From an uncultured bacterium (GTDB lineage: Bacteria; Babelota; Babeliae; Babelales; JACPOV01), in the NCBI GenBank assembly GCA_963744715.1, contig CAVUUR010000010.1, positions 1 through 64,000 on the forward strand: a stretch of DNA of 64,000 nucleotides. Direction: 5' to 3'. The position numbers were made by a program, and so were the translations under genes. The notes beneath the pieces are model-generated. The model saw nothing but the letters and a program-made list of their open reading frames with translations. It had not been told where the DNA came from and did no database searches. How positions within the stretch are numbered: the stretch's first letter is position 1; the number at the start of each line of letters is the position of its first letter. Shown here in pieces: positions 32,965 through 41,937 of this stretch.

Positions 32965-33026
32965 GATATTTCTCTTGGGTAAAAATCTATTACTTATGTT
33001 ACGAGATTGCATACAACCAGCAAGGA

Positions 33027-33057
33027 ATTATACAATAAAAAATTGTAAATTAAAATT
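33027..33057 (-). promoter_or_regulatory. Array promoter/operator motif copy 2
   Basis: TACAA-N7-TTGTA at 33031-33047; TATAAT -10. Confidence 0.7.
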
Positions 33058-33152
33058 ATTTTTTTAATGCGATATGCATTTTGATCGCTGAATTCTCCGA
33101 TTAGCGGGTCTCTTCGATTATTTTATGGAGATGTCCTGTCAACTAATTTTTC

Positions 33153-34139
33153 TTATATATCATCTGGTAAGATTTCCCCCCGCTCAAGAGGAGGGAGGTA
33201 TTCTTGAGCAGACTGAAGGATAGTAGTACAAATATTTCTTGATTTATCTGTATTTGTATCGATTTGTTCAAAACATTTTGATATCCAACCTTGATTAATT
33301 GCACCACAGTAATAATCATCGTTTTTTTTATTAGACAATCCGGATTTCACAAAAGGAAGTATGTCATCATTAACATAATTTACCAAATGCTCAGGGAAAA
33401 ATTGAGTGCTGCACTCACTACCGATACAAGAAAGTAATTTTATTTTAATAATGTTAACAAAACGTTCATAATCTCCTAAATCATTCTTGTGTGTATTTAC
33501 GTAGGTATCATACCACACCTTGGCTGCACGAGGCTGTTGCTTAATAATGGCACGTTTGAGCCCTTTAATGCTTTCAGGTTGTAAAATGCTATATTCTAAG
33601 GCCTCAGGGTCACCAGATTGTGGCGGAAATTGTAGTGCAGCGCGTGATAGAGCTACCATTCTTTGAGATTTTGCTTTTATAAGTCGTTCTGTGCCTAGAT
33701 CACCACTGATTTTTCTTAACGAATTATAGGCCTTTATCATGTGAAGATAAGCTTCTAGATCAGAAAATTTAAATTCAGAATCAAGGAACTGTTTAGTGAA
33801 TTCGCTTGCATACCCTTCAATTATCAATATTTTACTAAGATTATTTTTTTTTTCAGAGATGTCTTTAATAATTTGTTCTTGCTTGACCCAAGACTCATGT
33901 GAGTTTAAACCTTTCTTATTCTTAAGAGCTTCAAGTTGCTGAATTTGTATTGGAAGAATAATTTTAAGTTCCTCAGGAGAAGGCTTTGGTTCTGTTTTGA
34001 CTGTAAAGGCGAAATATGCATCGCGTTGTACATATTTCCCAATATTAGGGCTGTTTAATTGCGGATTAATTTGAGACATGTTCATGGCATTAATTGCATA
34101 GGTAATAAAAGCTATAAAAAATAAGATGTTACGTAACAA
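33153..34139 (-). CDS. Secreted hypothetical protein within the array (non-ankyrin)
   Basis: AGGAG RBS, TTG start, signal peptide AINA-MNM, 328 aa. Confidence 0.75.
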   Translation of the reverse strand: MLRNILFFIAFITYAINAMNMSQINPQLNSPNIGKYVQRDAYFAFTVKTEPKPSPEELKIILPIQIQQLEALKNKKGLNSHESWVKQEQIIKDISEKKNNLSKILIIEGYASEFTKQFLDSEFKFSDLEAYLHMIKAYNSLRKISGDLGTERLIKAKSQRMVALSRAALQFPPQSGDPEALEYSILQPESIKGLKRAIIKQQPRAAKVWYDTYVNTHKNDLGDYERFVNIIKIKLLSCIGSECSTQFFPEHLVNYVNDDILPFVKSGLSNKKNDDYYCGAINQGWISKCFEQIDTNTDKSRNICTTILQSAQEYLPPLERGEILPDDI

Positions 34140-34209
34140 AATTATATCTCCTGTATTGCTAATATTGCTATAAAAGGTGATGGAATAGTTAATATTAATT
34201 ATTACATTG

Positions 34210-34557
34210 TTACAAGGAAATTTTTAACATATACAGTGGTTTTTTGTGAATTTTTTGGATGCTTGCATTAATTTTTTCAAATATATATTTATTATTTCTT
34301 TTGTACAATTGGTAGGATATAAGACCCACTATCAATCCTCCCACGATGCCTCCCAATAAAGCATTCAAAAATTGCATGCCCATTAACGTTGGGGATTTAA
34401 AAAAAAATAACATTGTTCTAAATTTTATTTTTTCTATATAGGTGTGGCAAGCGCTGAAGATTTTTTGTTTCAATCTTGGCATATTCTCTGAACATAAACA
34501 ATGTAGATTTAGTGTGAGAAGTACGCAGCCATAAAAACGTTGTAAGTTAGTATTCAT
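34210..34557 (-). CDS. Hypothetical membrane protein
   Basis: 115 aa, signal-like N-terminus and GxxxG TM helix (LLGGIVGGLIVGLI). Confidence 0.6.
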   Translation of the reverse strand: MNTNLQRFYGCVLLTLNLHCLCSENMPRLKQKIFSACHTYIEKIKFRTMLFFFKSPTLMGMQFLNALLGGIVGGLIVGLISYQLYKRNNKYIFEKINASIQKIHKKPLYMLKISL

Positions 34558-34608
34558 GATTACCTTTAAAAACTCAAAGTTATTTGCTTATTGGATTTAA
34601 GCATTAAG

Positions 34609-34635
34609 GTAGATTTTTTTCATAAAAAAATCTAC
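34609..34635. terminator. Perfect 12-bp inverted repeat (terminator or operator)
   Basis: GTAGATTTTTTT-CAT-AAAAAAATCTAC downstream of 34711..35379. Confidence 0.4.
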
Positions 34636-34710
34636 TTCTATATCATGAAATTATAACTTAAAAAATTCAAAATATACATTATCAATATATGCATAATCGA
34701 CAAGGCTTTA

Positions 34711-35379
34711 TTAGTTCCTTTTTCGTTTTTTTGTTGGATAAATAGATTGTAAAGAATTAGAATTTTTAATTTGATTTAATCCGGCTAAATATTGAAAAGC
34801 CTGAGGTTTTTCATTTTGAATTTTTGCTGCGTAATCAAGAGGTGTTTTCCCGAGGGAATCTCTAGCACTATAGTCAAATCGATATTTCTCAATACATTCT
34901 CTAATCATTGTGTACATTCCCACTCTAGCGAGTTCATGTAAAAGCGTTCTTTTGTATTTAAAACAAGGTTGGGAGTAAATTTTTTCGGGCGTGTTATTGA
35001 GGAGTTGTCTCATGTCATCTACATATGTTAATTTTTGTCTATATGCCTCAATTAAATTTGCTATCTGTTTTTTAAAGGTTGTTTGGTTTTTGATGTTGTA
35101 TAGTTTATTATTATTATTATCATCAACATAATCTTCATCATTATCTTCATCTCCACAATTTTTATCATTGTCTTCATCAGAGACTGGTTGATGATTGTCA
35201 GAATAATATTGTTCGGTATTATCGTTAGCAGATTTTATAGTAGTCAACATTTGGGCTAAAAAAATTTCCGCCGCTTCAGAATCTTCCGGAGAGTCATTAA
35301 AATGATATTGATCCATGCTTAAGAGTTGTAAAGGAAATATGAGAGTCGCTAAAATATATTTTTTTAAGTAAGTTTGCAT
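34711..35379 (-). CDS. Secreted ankyrin-repeat family protein (member 3, module A, acidic tract, C-terminal NLS-like)
   Basis: MQTYLKKYILATLIFPLQLLS-MDQ; RTLLHELA...GKTPLDYA; ends PTKKRKRN. Confidence 0.88.
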   Translation of the reverse strand: MQTYLKKYILATLIFPLQLLSMDQYHFNDSPEDSEAAEIFLAQMLTTIKSANDNTEQYYSDNHQPVSDEDNDKNCGDEDNDEDYVDDNNNNKLYNIKNQTTFKKQIANLIEAYRQKLTYVDDMRQLLNNTPEKIYSQPCFKYKRTLLHELARVGMYTMIRECIEKYRFDYSARDSLGKTPLDYAAKIQNEKPQAFQYLAGLNQIKNSNSLQSIYPTKKRKRN

Positions 35380-35423
35380 AATAATTTCTTTCCGTTTTTT
35401 TACATCAGCATTATTGCTACTGT

Positions 35424-36590
35424 TTATTTAATTGTTTTTCTTTTTTTATTTTGCGGTGTGCTATCCATAGTATTATCGATTAATTCACTCAATAACGTTT
35501 GTGTTTTGGGATGTCCGTGAGCTAGTTGATAGGGAGTTTTACTTTTTTTATTTTGGGTATTTATAGCAACATTTTTGAGGTTAAGAAATTGTAATAGATG
35601 ACATTGCCCATACTTCGCTGCTATATGAGTAAGATTATTTCCATCGTTATCTAAAGCAGTTGACTGAATAACCCCTTTCGAAAGAGGCCATTTTTCATCA
35701 AACATTTGTATCGCCATGTACAAGCCCCCATTTAAAATATACTTCTTACCAAAAGGAAATACGTTAATAAGTTTTTTTAGACGTTCTTCGGTTGGAAGAT
35801 TTGGCGTAGCGCATGCGGTTAAGATGTTTGTCATACTCTTTTTTAGATGGGGATTAATTCCTGGATGTTTCGGGGGGCGTCCCATTTCCATTGGCAATTG
35901 GGTAGTTCGCACAATTGAGATAATATTTTCTTCTCCATCAGATGTGATTCGTTTTTTGCTTTTTGCAAATCTGTTTAAATATTTGAAAGCCTGAGGTTTT
36001 TCATTTTGAATTTGTGCTGCGTAATAAAGGGGAGTCTTGCCATGGGAATCTTGAGCGAGAGGATCAAATCCATAGTTCTCCACACATGCTTTAATTATCG
36101 TGAACATCCCCTCGTGAGCTGCGAGATGTAAAAGTGTTGCACCATGTTCAAAACAGGGTTGAGAGTAAATTTTCGGAGGAGTATCCTTTAGGAGTTTTTT
36201 TATATCCACTGCACACGATTGGTTTTGAGCATATCTTTGAATTGCCCTTTCTATCTGATCTTTAAAATAGTTGCTGTCACTACCGTCTTCATCATGCACC
36301 TTATCATCGCTCGATTCATCCTCTGCATAATAATAATCATGATTGACTTTATTGGTCTCGCCCTCGCTCAATGTAGTTTGATTTGATGAAATTTCTTTTT
36401 TGCCTGAATGAGCGCTTGGATCTTCCAGCCTTTTAGTTAAAAAAGATATAATACCCATTTCTTCTTCAGTAAAATTTAAATCCGAAGTGCCAGATATGGC
36501 GTTAGACTGTGGAGGTTGTTGTTGCATACTCAATAGCTGTAGAGGAAATAGGAAACTGATTAAACTATACTTTTTTAGATAGGTTTTCAT
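35424..36590 (-). CDS. Secreted ankyrin-repeat family protein (member 4, modules A+B, C-terminal NLS-like)
   Basis: Start corrected to MKTYLKKY at 36590; GATLLHLAA, GNNLTHIAA; ends PQNKKRKTIK. Confidence 0.88.
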   Translation of the reverse strand: MKTYLKKYSLISFLFPLQLLSMQQQPPQSNAISGTSDLNFTEEEMGIISFLTKRLEDPSAHSGKKEISSNQTTLSEGETNKVNHDYYYAEDESSDDKVHDEDGSDSNYFKDQIERAIQRYAQNQSCAVDIKKLLKDTPPKIYSQPCFEHGATLLHLAAHEGMFTIIKACVENYGFDPLAQDSHGKTPLYYAAQIQNEKPQAFKYLNRFAKSKKRITSDGEENIISIVRTTQLPMEMGRPPKHPGINPHLKKSMTNILTACATPNLPTEERLKKLINVFPFGKKYILNGGLYMAIQMFDEKWPLSKGVIQSTALDNDGNNLTHIAAKYGQCHLLQFLNLKNVAINTQNKKSKTPYQLAHGHPKTQTLLSELIDNTMDSTPQNKKRKTIK

Positions 36591-36671
36591 AGCAATGTTC
36601 TTTGATAAAAAAGTTATGCAGGTAAATATTTTTGCTGTGGATACTAAATTGCTGTACATCACATGAGCTAC

Positions 36672-37457
36672 CTATGTTCTCTTTCTGTTGGGTGTAAAAT
36701 CTTCATCCGAATCCGAATCCGAATCACTTTCATCACCATCTGAGGATTTTTTATTCTTACGTTTTTTTTTGGGTTTTTGGGTATTGGTTTGTGCAGTGAG
36801 AGATGTCAAATAGTCGATAACGCCTTTTCCGGTTATTCCAGATCGATTTGTTCGACCCGGAAATACATCATTGGCGTAATCAAGGGGGGTTTTTCTTTGA
36901 CAATCTACGGCTGATGGTTCCAGCCCTCCTTCAACTAAGAATACGCAAAGACTTTTAGCGCCCACTTGAGCTGCTAGATGTAAAAGCGTTGCGTCATTTT
37001 CAAAACGCCATTTACAAATAATTTTTTTATCAATATCTTTTAATAACCCTATAATGCGTGCTGATGCTTTTCCCCACCGCGTATACCCCCGGAGTTTGAA
37101 TATAGCAGCAACTTGGGCCCTAATTTTCTCCCCAGAATGGGCAATGCCGCCAGATTCAATGTAAGGATCATCATCAAAATCGGTATCCCCACCGGAGCCT
37201 ATATGCTCTGTACTATCGGATTTTTGTTCTGATGAAATATCAGAAAAGTATTTTGAAATTGGCTGATGCAATCCACTTAATTGTCGTACAGCAATATTAA
37301 AATTTTCGTCTTCGTCTAGCGGATTGTTGATTAGTTTTTCCCGCATTGCATAAGGTACTTTGGCTGTTTTTCTTTTATTATCTGATTGTTCCATGCACAA
37401 GATCTGCAGGGGAAATATCACACAAATTACAACGTATTTTCTTATATAGATTTTCAT
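36672..37457 (-). CDS. Secreted ankyrin-repeat family protein (member 5, module A, NLS-like plus acidic tail)
   Basis: MKIYIRKY...FPLQILC-MEQ; DATLLHLAA; PKKKRKNKK; SSDGDESDSDSDSDED; (ATCCGA)3 at 36705-36722. Confidence 0.88.
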   Translation of the reverse strand: MKIYIRKYVVICVIFPLQILCMEQSDNKRKTAKVPYAMREKLINNPLDEDENFNIAVRQLSGLHQPISKYFSDISSEQKSDSTEHIGSGGDTDFDDDPYIESGGIAHSGEKIRAQVAAIFKLRGYTRWGKASARIIGLLKDIDKKIICKWRFENDATLLHLAAQVGAKSLCVFLVEGGLEPSAVDCQRKTPLDYANDVFPGRTNRSGITGKGVIDYLTSLTAQTNTQKPKKKRKNKKSSDGDESDSDSDSDEDFTPNRKRT

Positions 37458-37523
37458 AGTAATTTTATTTGTTTATGCGTTAAACGTTTTTTTAATATAT
37501 GGTTGTTCATAATGCGCGAAAAA

Positions 37524-37554
37524 AGAGTACAATAAAAATTTGTAAATTAAAAGA
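37524..37554 (-). promoter_or_regulatory. Array promoter/operator motif copy 3
   Basis: TACAA-N7-TTGTA at 37528-37544; TACTCT -10. Confidence 0.7.
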
Positions 37555-37697
37555 TTATTTTATTTCGATTGCTTATTTTTTATAAAGGAATTATATGAAA
37601 TATAGAAATGTCGGCATACATTCTCATAATGATTGATTTATGCGAAGTGCAACTATATGGGGGTAGTGGTTATTACGGTAAAGTGAAGAATGAATTA

Positions 37698-38888
37698 TTA
37701 TCCTCTTTTTCTTTTTCTCGATTGCGTGTTTTCCTCTCGAGCATAGTTCATCCGAGGGTTTTGCTCTAAGTACTTAATAATTTCCGTATGCCTATTTTCC
37801 GTGGCATACTCGAGTGGTGTTTTTCCATGATCGTCGCACATAAAGATGTCATGCCCGTGCCCCTCAATTAAGAATTTACATGCATATAATGATCCGGCTG
37901 CAGCCGCTAAATGTAAAATAGGTTTTGGCCGTGTTGGGATCCTTTCATTCTGGCATTGTGTCATAGTTTGTTCGGCATTTAGGTTTTTCAAACGTTCTAC
38001 CCTAGTGGTTTGTAGGCATCTGTGGATCGATTTACGCGCACTACCATCATCCGGGATGTAATCAATCGGAATTTGCCCATTATTATCTTTCGTGAAACAG
38101 CTAAAATTATATCTTCTAAGTAATTTTGTTACCAATGTGCCCGCACCTTTTGCAGCCGCTAGATGTAAAAGTGTTGCACCATTTTCAAAACGAGCATTAA
38201 GATAAACTTTTTCGGGGGTTTTTTCTATTATCGCCAGAATATTGGATTGTGTGCCCCGACGCGTATCGAGTAATTCGAGTTGCTCACAGATTTTTGATTT
38301 AAAAGTCTCTAGATTTTCTTCTGTGGGAGTATCCGGGTCATCCAAATATGGATATTCATTCGCGTATACGGCGTTCACGGCGTTTCTTAGATAGTTTGTG
38401 GTCATTGTATGTTTATTGTTACGAGCATAATCGATGGGAGTTTCCCCGTTATCGTCTTTACAGAGGGGATTAAATCTATATTGTTCCACCAACGTAATAG
38501 CTGGAGCGAGCAAACCTGCTTGGGCTACTAGGTGCAAAGGTGTTGCACCATTTTCAAAACGAACTTCCGGATAAATTTCTTCGGGAATAGTTGCTAAGAA
38601 TGATAATAGCTGTGAGATATTATGTTTGAGTGGGCCCTTGCTCAGGAAATTTTCTTGAATATAGCTTACGGCCCCATTAATAGCCATAGTTTTTTGGGGA
38701 TCGACTTCTCGTATACTGAACCGTGTGGTTATGTTATCAGCGTTATTTTCATCGAATGATAAATTTGGGACAGATGCTTCGTTTAAAATCTCTCTAATAT
38801 CTATTATTTGTTCTATTTGTTCCATACTCAAGAGCCGCAAAGGAAATATCAAATAGGTAAAAATATATTTTTTTATATAAATTTTCAT
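37698..38888 (-). CDS. Secreted ankyrin-repeat family protein (member 6, three A-type modules, C-terminal NLS-like)
   Basis: MKIYIKKY...FPLRLLS-MEQ; three LHL(V/A)A...GKTP-type repeats; ends QSRKRKRG. Confidence 0.9.
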   Translation of the reverse strand: MKIYIKKYIFTYLIFPLRLLSMEQIEQIIDIREILNEASVPNLSFDENNADNITTRFSIREVDPQKTMAINGAVSYIQENFLSKGPLKHNISQLLSFLATIPEEIYPEVRFENGATPLHLVAQAGLLAPAITLVEQYRFNPLCKDDNGETPIDYARNNKHTMTTNYLRNAVNAVYANEYPYLDDPDTPTEENLETFKSKICEQLELLDTRRGTQSNILAIIEKTPEKVYLNARFENGATLLHLAAAKGAGTLVTKLLRRYNFSCFTKDNNGQIPIDYIPDDGSARKSIHRCLQTTRVERLKNLNAEQTMTQCQNERIPTRPKPILHLAAAAGSLYACKFLIEGHGHDIFMCDDHGKTPLEYATENRHTEIIKYLEQNPRMNYAREENTQSRKRKRG

Positions 38889-38964
38889 AGTAATTTATTT
38901 TTTGTAAAAAATTAAACATATACTATTATCATGAGGTTTATATATAAACGAAACGAGTGGAAAA

Positions 38965-38995
38965 AGGGTACAATAAAAATTTGTAAATTAAAAGA
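38965..38995 (-). promoter_or_regulatory. Array promoter/operator motif copy 4
   Basis: TACAA-N7-TTGTA at 38969-38985; TACCCT -10. Confidence 0.7.
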
Positions 38996-39001
38996 TTATT
39001 T

Positions 39002-40402
39002 TTATTCCAGCATCTTTTTTTTCTTATCTTGCTGCTGAAGTGGTTTTATTCGTTTGTTTTTATCTGTTTTACCATTCTTTTTTTCTATGGCGATGCATCG
39101 TTTATTTACCGTCTTGACTTCCTGGTACTGATTGATTTCATTTGCTTTACTAGCGGATAATTTTTGTAGTGAGTCAAGTATGGTATTGCTATTTTCGCCT
39201 GGAAATGATGACGTGTTTGGCGTTTCTAATTCTTCTAGCGGTTGATTTCCTTTTACGTGACCAAATTCTAAGTATTTAATAATTTCCGTATGCCTATTTT
39301 CCCTGGCATACTCGAGTGGTGTTTTTCCATGATCGTCGAGCATAAAAGGACTAAATCCGCGTTCTTCGATTAAAAATTTACATACATCTAATGATCCAGT
39401 TGCAGCCGCTAAATGTAAAATTAGTTTTGGAGATGTAAGAGGTGTATTAATGGATGGAGCGGCAGTTTGTGGAATACTTAGTTGTTGCCAGCGTTCTAAT
39501 CGCTTATAAAAACTCTTTACGTTGCGGTGTAACCACGTGCGGATCGATTGATTTGGATAATCGTTTGTGACATAATCAATTGGAGATTTTCCATTATTAT
39601 CCAGCACGAGAGGATTAAAATTATATGTTTGAACCAATTCTTTTACTGCTTTAAACGCACCTATTCGAGCTGTTAGGTGTAAAACTGTTGCACCATCTTC
39701 ATCTTCAAAACGGGCATTGAAATAAATTTTTTCAGGGGTTCTCTTTATCATTTTGAGAATACTATTCGAAATATGACCAGTATAGCCTGATGTGAAATAT
39801 TTACGGATTTTTACTTTAAAACTCTTCAACTCTTTTTCCGTAGGAAAATCTTTTTCCTGTAGATATTTTTCGTACAGTGTTCTTTTTAGATCTTTTAAAT
39901 AGCTACTAGTTTGTTGATGGTTATTGTTCTGGGCGTAGTAAAGTGGCGTATTTCCCTTATCATCTTTGCAGAAAGGGTCAAGTTGATAGTGTGTAACCAA
40001 TGACACAACTGCTCGCAGTGCTCCAGCTGCTGCTACTTTATGTAAAAGTGTCTCTCTATTTTCAAAGCGAGCTGCGGAATAAACCTCCTTGGAAGTATCT
40101 TGCAGGAGTGATAATACGTTGTCTGAAGTATTTTTGTGTCGAGCAACATCGTGGGAAAAATATTTCGTAATTTTTTTCTTAAAAAATTCAATAGATATAG
40201 TGGGTTGAGTATCTACTTTGTTTGTATTGAGTTCATGTGCGTTTATGTTATCAGTATGTAATATGTTATTTTCATCTATGAGCGGTAAGATTTGGGTGTA
40301 TAGTTTATTGAAACTGTCTGAATTATTTGATTGCATGCTCAAAAGCTGTAAAGGAAATATCAGATAGGTAAAAATATATTTTTTTATACAAGTTTTCATC
40401 AT
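39002..40402 (-). CDS. Secreted ankyrin-repeat family protein (member 7, three A-type modules)
   Basis: MKTCIKKY...FPLQLLS-MQS; ETLLHKVA, ATVLHLTA, ILHLAA; basic tail KNKRIK...DKKKK. Confidence 0.9.
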   Translation of the reverse strand: MMKTCIKKYIFTYLIFPLQLLSMQSNNSDSFNKLYTQILPLIDENNILHTDNINAHELNTNKVDTQPTISIEFFKKKITKYFSHDVARHKNTSDNVLSLLQDTSKEVYSAARFENRETLLHKVAAAGALRAVVSLVTHYQLDPFCKDDKGNTPLYYAQNNNHQQTSSYLKDLKRTLYEKYLQEKDFPTEKELKSFKVKIRKYFTSGYTGHISNSILKMIKRTPEKIYFNARFEDEDGATVLHLTARIGAFKAVKELVQTYNFNPLVLDNNGKSPIDYVTNDYPNQSIRTWLHRNVKSFYKRLERWQQLSIPQTAAPSINTPLTSPKLILHLAAATGSLDVCKFLIEERGFSPFMLDDHGKTPLEYARENRHTEIIKYLEFGHVKGNQPLEELETPNTSSFPGENSNTILDSLQKLSASKANEINQYQEVKTVNKRCIAIEKKNGKTDKNKRIKPLQQQDKKKKMLE

Positions 40403-40464
40403 TACTCATTGTACCTTTCATAAAAAATTTAAATATAGCTTCGAGGATTCATACAATTTGAGAA

Positions 40465-40495
40465 AGGGTACAATAAAAAATTATAAATTAAAAGA
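40465..40495 (-). promoter_or_regulatory. Array promoter/operator motif copy 5
   Basis: TACAA-N7-TTATA at 40469-40485; TACCCT -10. Confidence 0.65.
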
Positions 40496-40499
40496 GATA

Positions 40500-41097
40500 A
40501 TACTTTGATCCCCTGACTGCGTAGGCTGGAGTGGTATTTTTTCTTGAAGGCTTTTTCCTATACTTGTTTGCTATACTCGTACCAACTTTTTTTTTCATTT
40601 TTATAGTGCTCGTTTCCATCATCCGTTGCCAGTTCTTGTAGTAAAAGTAAATATAGTATCACTATTTTCACCAGGAACGGATGGCATGTTTAGTATTTCT
40701 GATACTTCTAGAGACTGATCTAATTATGCTTTGTCTTGTCAGTTGTTAAGGACTGTAAGTATAGTTTAGTTTTTCGATACGTACTGTTATTAGCGTAATC
40801 GAGTGGGGTTTTTCCATGATTATCTGTAACTAGAGGATCAAAGTTATTTTGCATGACTAAACATTTAATCGTTTCCGAAGCTCCTACGAAGCTAATTTAT
40901 GAAAAATTGTTGCACCATTTTCAAAACGAGCTTGAGAATAAATTTCTTTAGGAGTATCTCGTAGGATGGGAGTCATGCATTCCGATGCGTGATTAAGATA
41001 ACCTGGTTTGAGAGAGTAGTCATTAATTATTGATATAAAACTATCCACCGTTGTTATCGGTCCTCGTCGCCGTTTTTTATTTGTAGTGGCTGCGGGT
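40500..41097 (-). pseudogene. Frameshifted second ankyrin module, probably the 3' half of 41098..41790
   Basis: Shifted frame reads NEPAATTNKKRRRGP...TPKEIYSQARFENGATIFHKLAS/VGASETIKCLVMQNNFDPLVTDNHGKTPLDYA; 40791-40977 is a near-copy of 41208-41395 with a 1-nt deletion; 3' boundary approximate. Confidence 0.75.
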
Positions 41098-41790
41098 TCA
41101 TTTTGGGGCAGATGACATGTTTAGTGCTTGTAAAGACTTATCTAGTTGTACTTTATTTTTGCTAGCCGTTAAATATTGTAAACATATTTTAGTTGTTCCT
41201 CTCTGACTAGCATAATCGAGTGGAGTTTTTCCATGATCATCTGTAACTGAAGGATCAAAATTATTTTGCATGACTAAATATTTAATTGTTTCCAAAGCTC
41301 CTACCGAAGCTAATTTATGAAAAATTGTTGCACCATTTTCAAAACGAGCTTGGGAATAAATTTCTTTAGGAGTATCTCGTAGGATGGGGATCATGGATCT
41401 TGACCCTTGGTTAATATAACGTGCCTCGAGAAAATAGTTATTAATTACCGATGTAAACCTATCAACAGGCGTTATTGATTTACGTAGGCGCTTTTTACTT
41501 GCAGTTGTTGCCTCTTTAGTAGTGTCATTGGTTTGTTTTTTTAATTCATCAGAACTAGGTCGAAGTTGGTATTCACTAGTAAGATATCGATCGATGCCTT
41601 CCGCGTTGGGTTGGTTTACAAGAAGTAATTTGGTTTCATCGGTAGAAATATTTGCTGATTTCTGTGCAGATAGTTGGCTATATTTTTGATTATTCTTAAC
41701 GTCAAGATCTAAACTGTGCTGATGCATACCCAATAATTGCAAGGGTAATATCAAGTTAATTAAACTATAGTTTTTTATATAGATTTTCAT
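41098..41790 (-). CDS. Secreted ankyrin-repeat family protein (member 8, module A; probably extends to ~40500)
   Basis: MKIYIKNY...LPLQLLG-MHQ; SKKRLRK; GATIFHKLA...GKTPLDYA. Confidence 0.85.
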   Translation of the reverse strand: MKIYIKNYSLINLILPLQLLGMHQHSLDLDVKNNQKYSQLSAQKSANISTDETKLLLVNQPNAEGIDRYLTSEYQLRPSSDELKKQTNDTTKEATTASKKRLRKSITPVDRFTSVINNYFLEARYINQGSRSMIPILRDTPKEIYSQARFENGATIFHKLASVGALETIKYLVMQNNFDPSVTDDHGKTPLDYASQRGTTKICLQYLTASKNKVQLDKSLQALNMSSAPK

Positions 41791-41859
41791 AGTGATTTAT
41801 TTTTTTATAAAAAAATTAAACATATAATAATATGAGGTTATATATAAATGGGTTGAAAA

Positions 41860-41890
41860 AGGGTACAATAAAAAATTATAAATTAAAAGA
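41860..41890 (-). promoter_or_regulatory. Array promoter/operator motif copy 6
   Basis: TACAA-N7-TTATA at 41864-41880; TACCCT -10; lies in divergent gap with pgi. Confidence 0.65.
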
Positions 41891-41937
41891 TTATATTATT
41901 TTTTATGTACATTTTTGGGGTATTTGTATGAAAATCA

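Noticed and set aside
30696..41790. Array as a diversity-generating retroelement or transposon-driven locus
   Set aside because: No reverse transcriptase, transposase or recombinase in the window; differences between repeat patches are not adenine-specific
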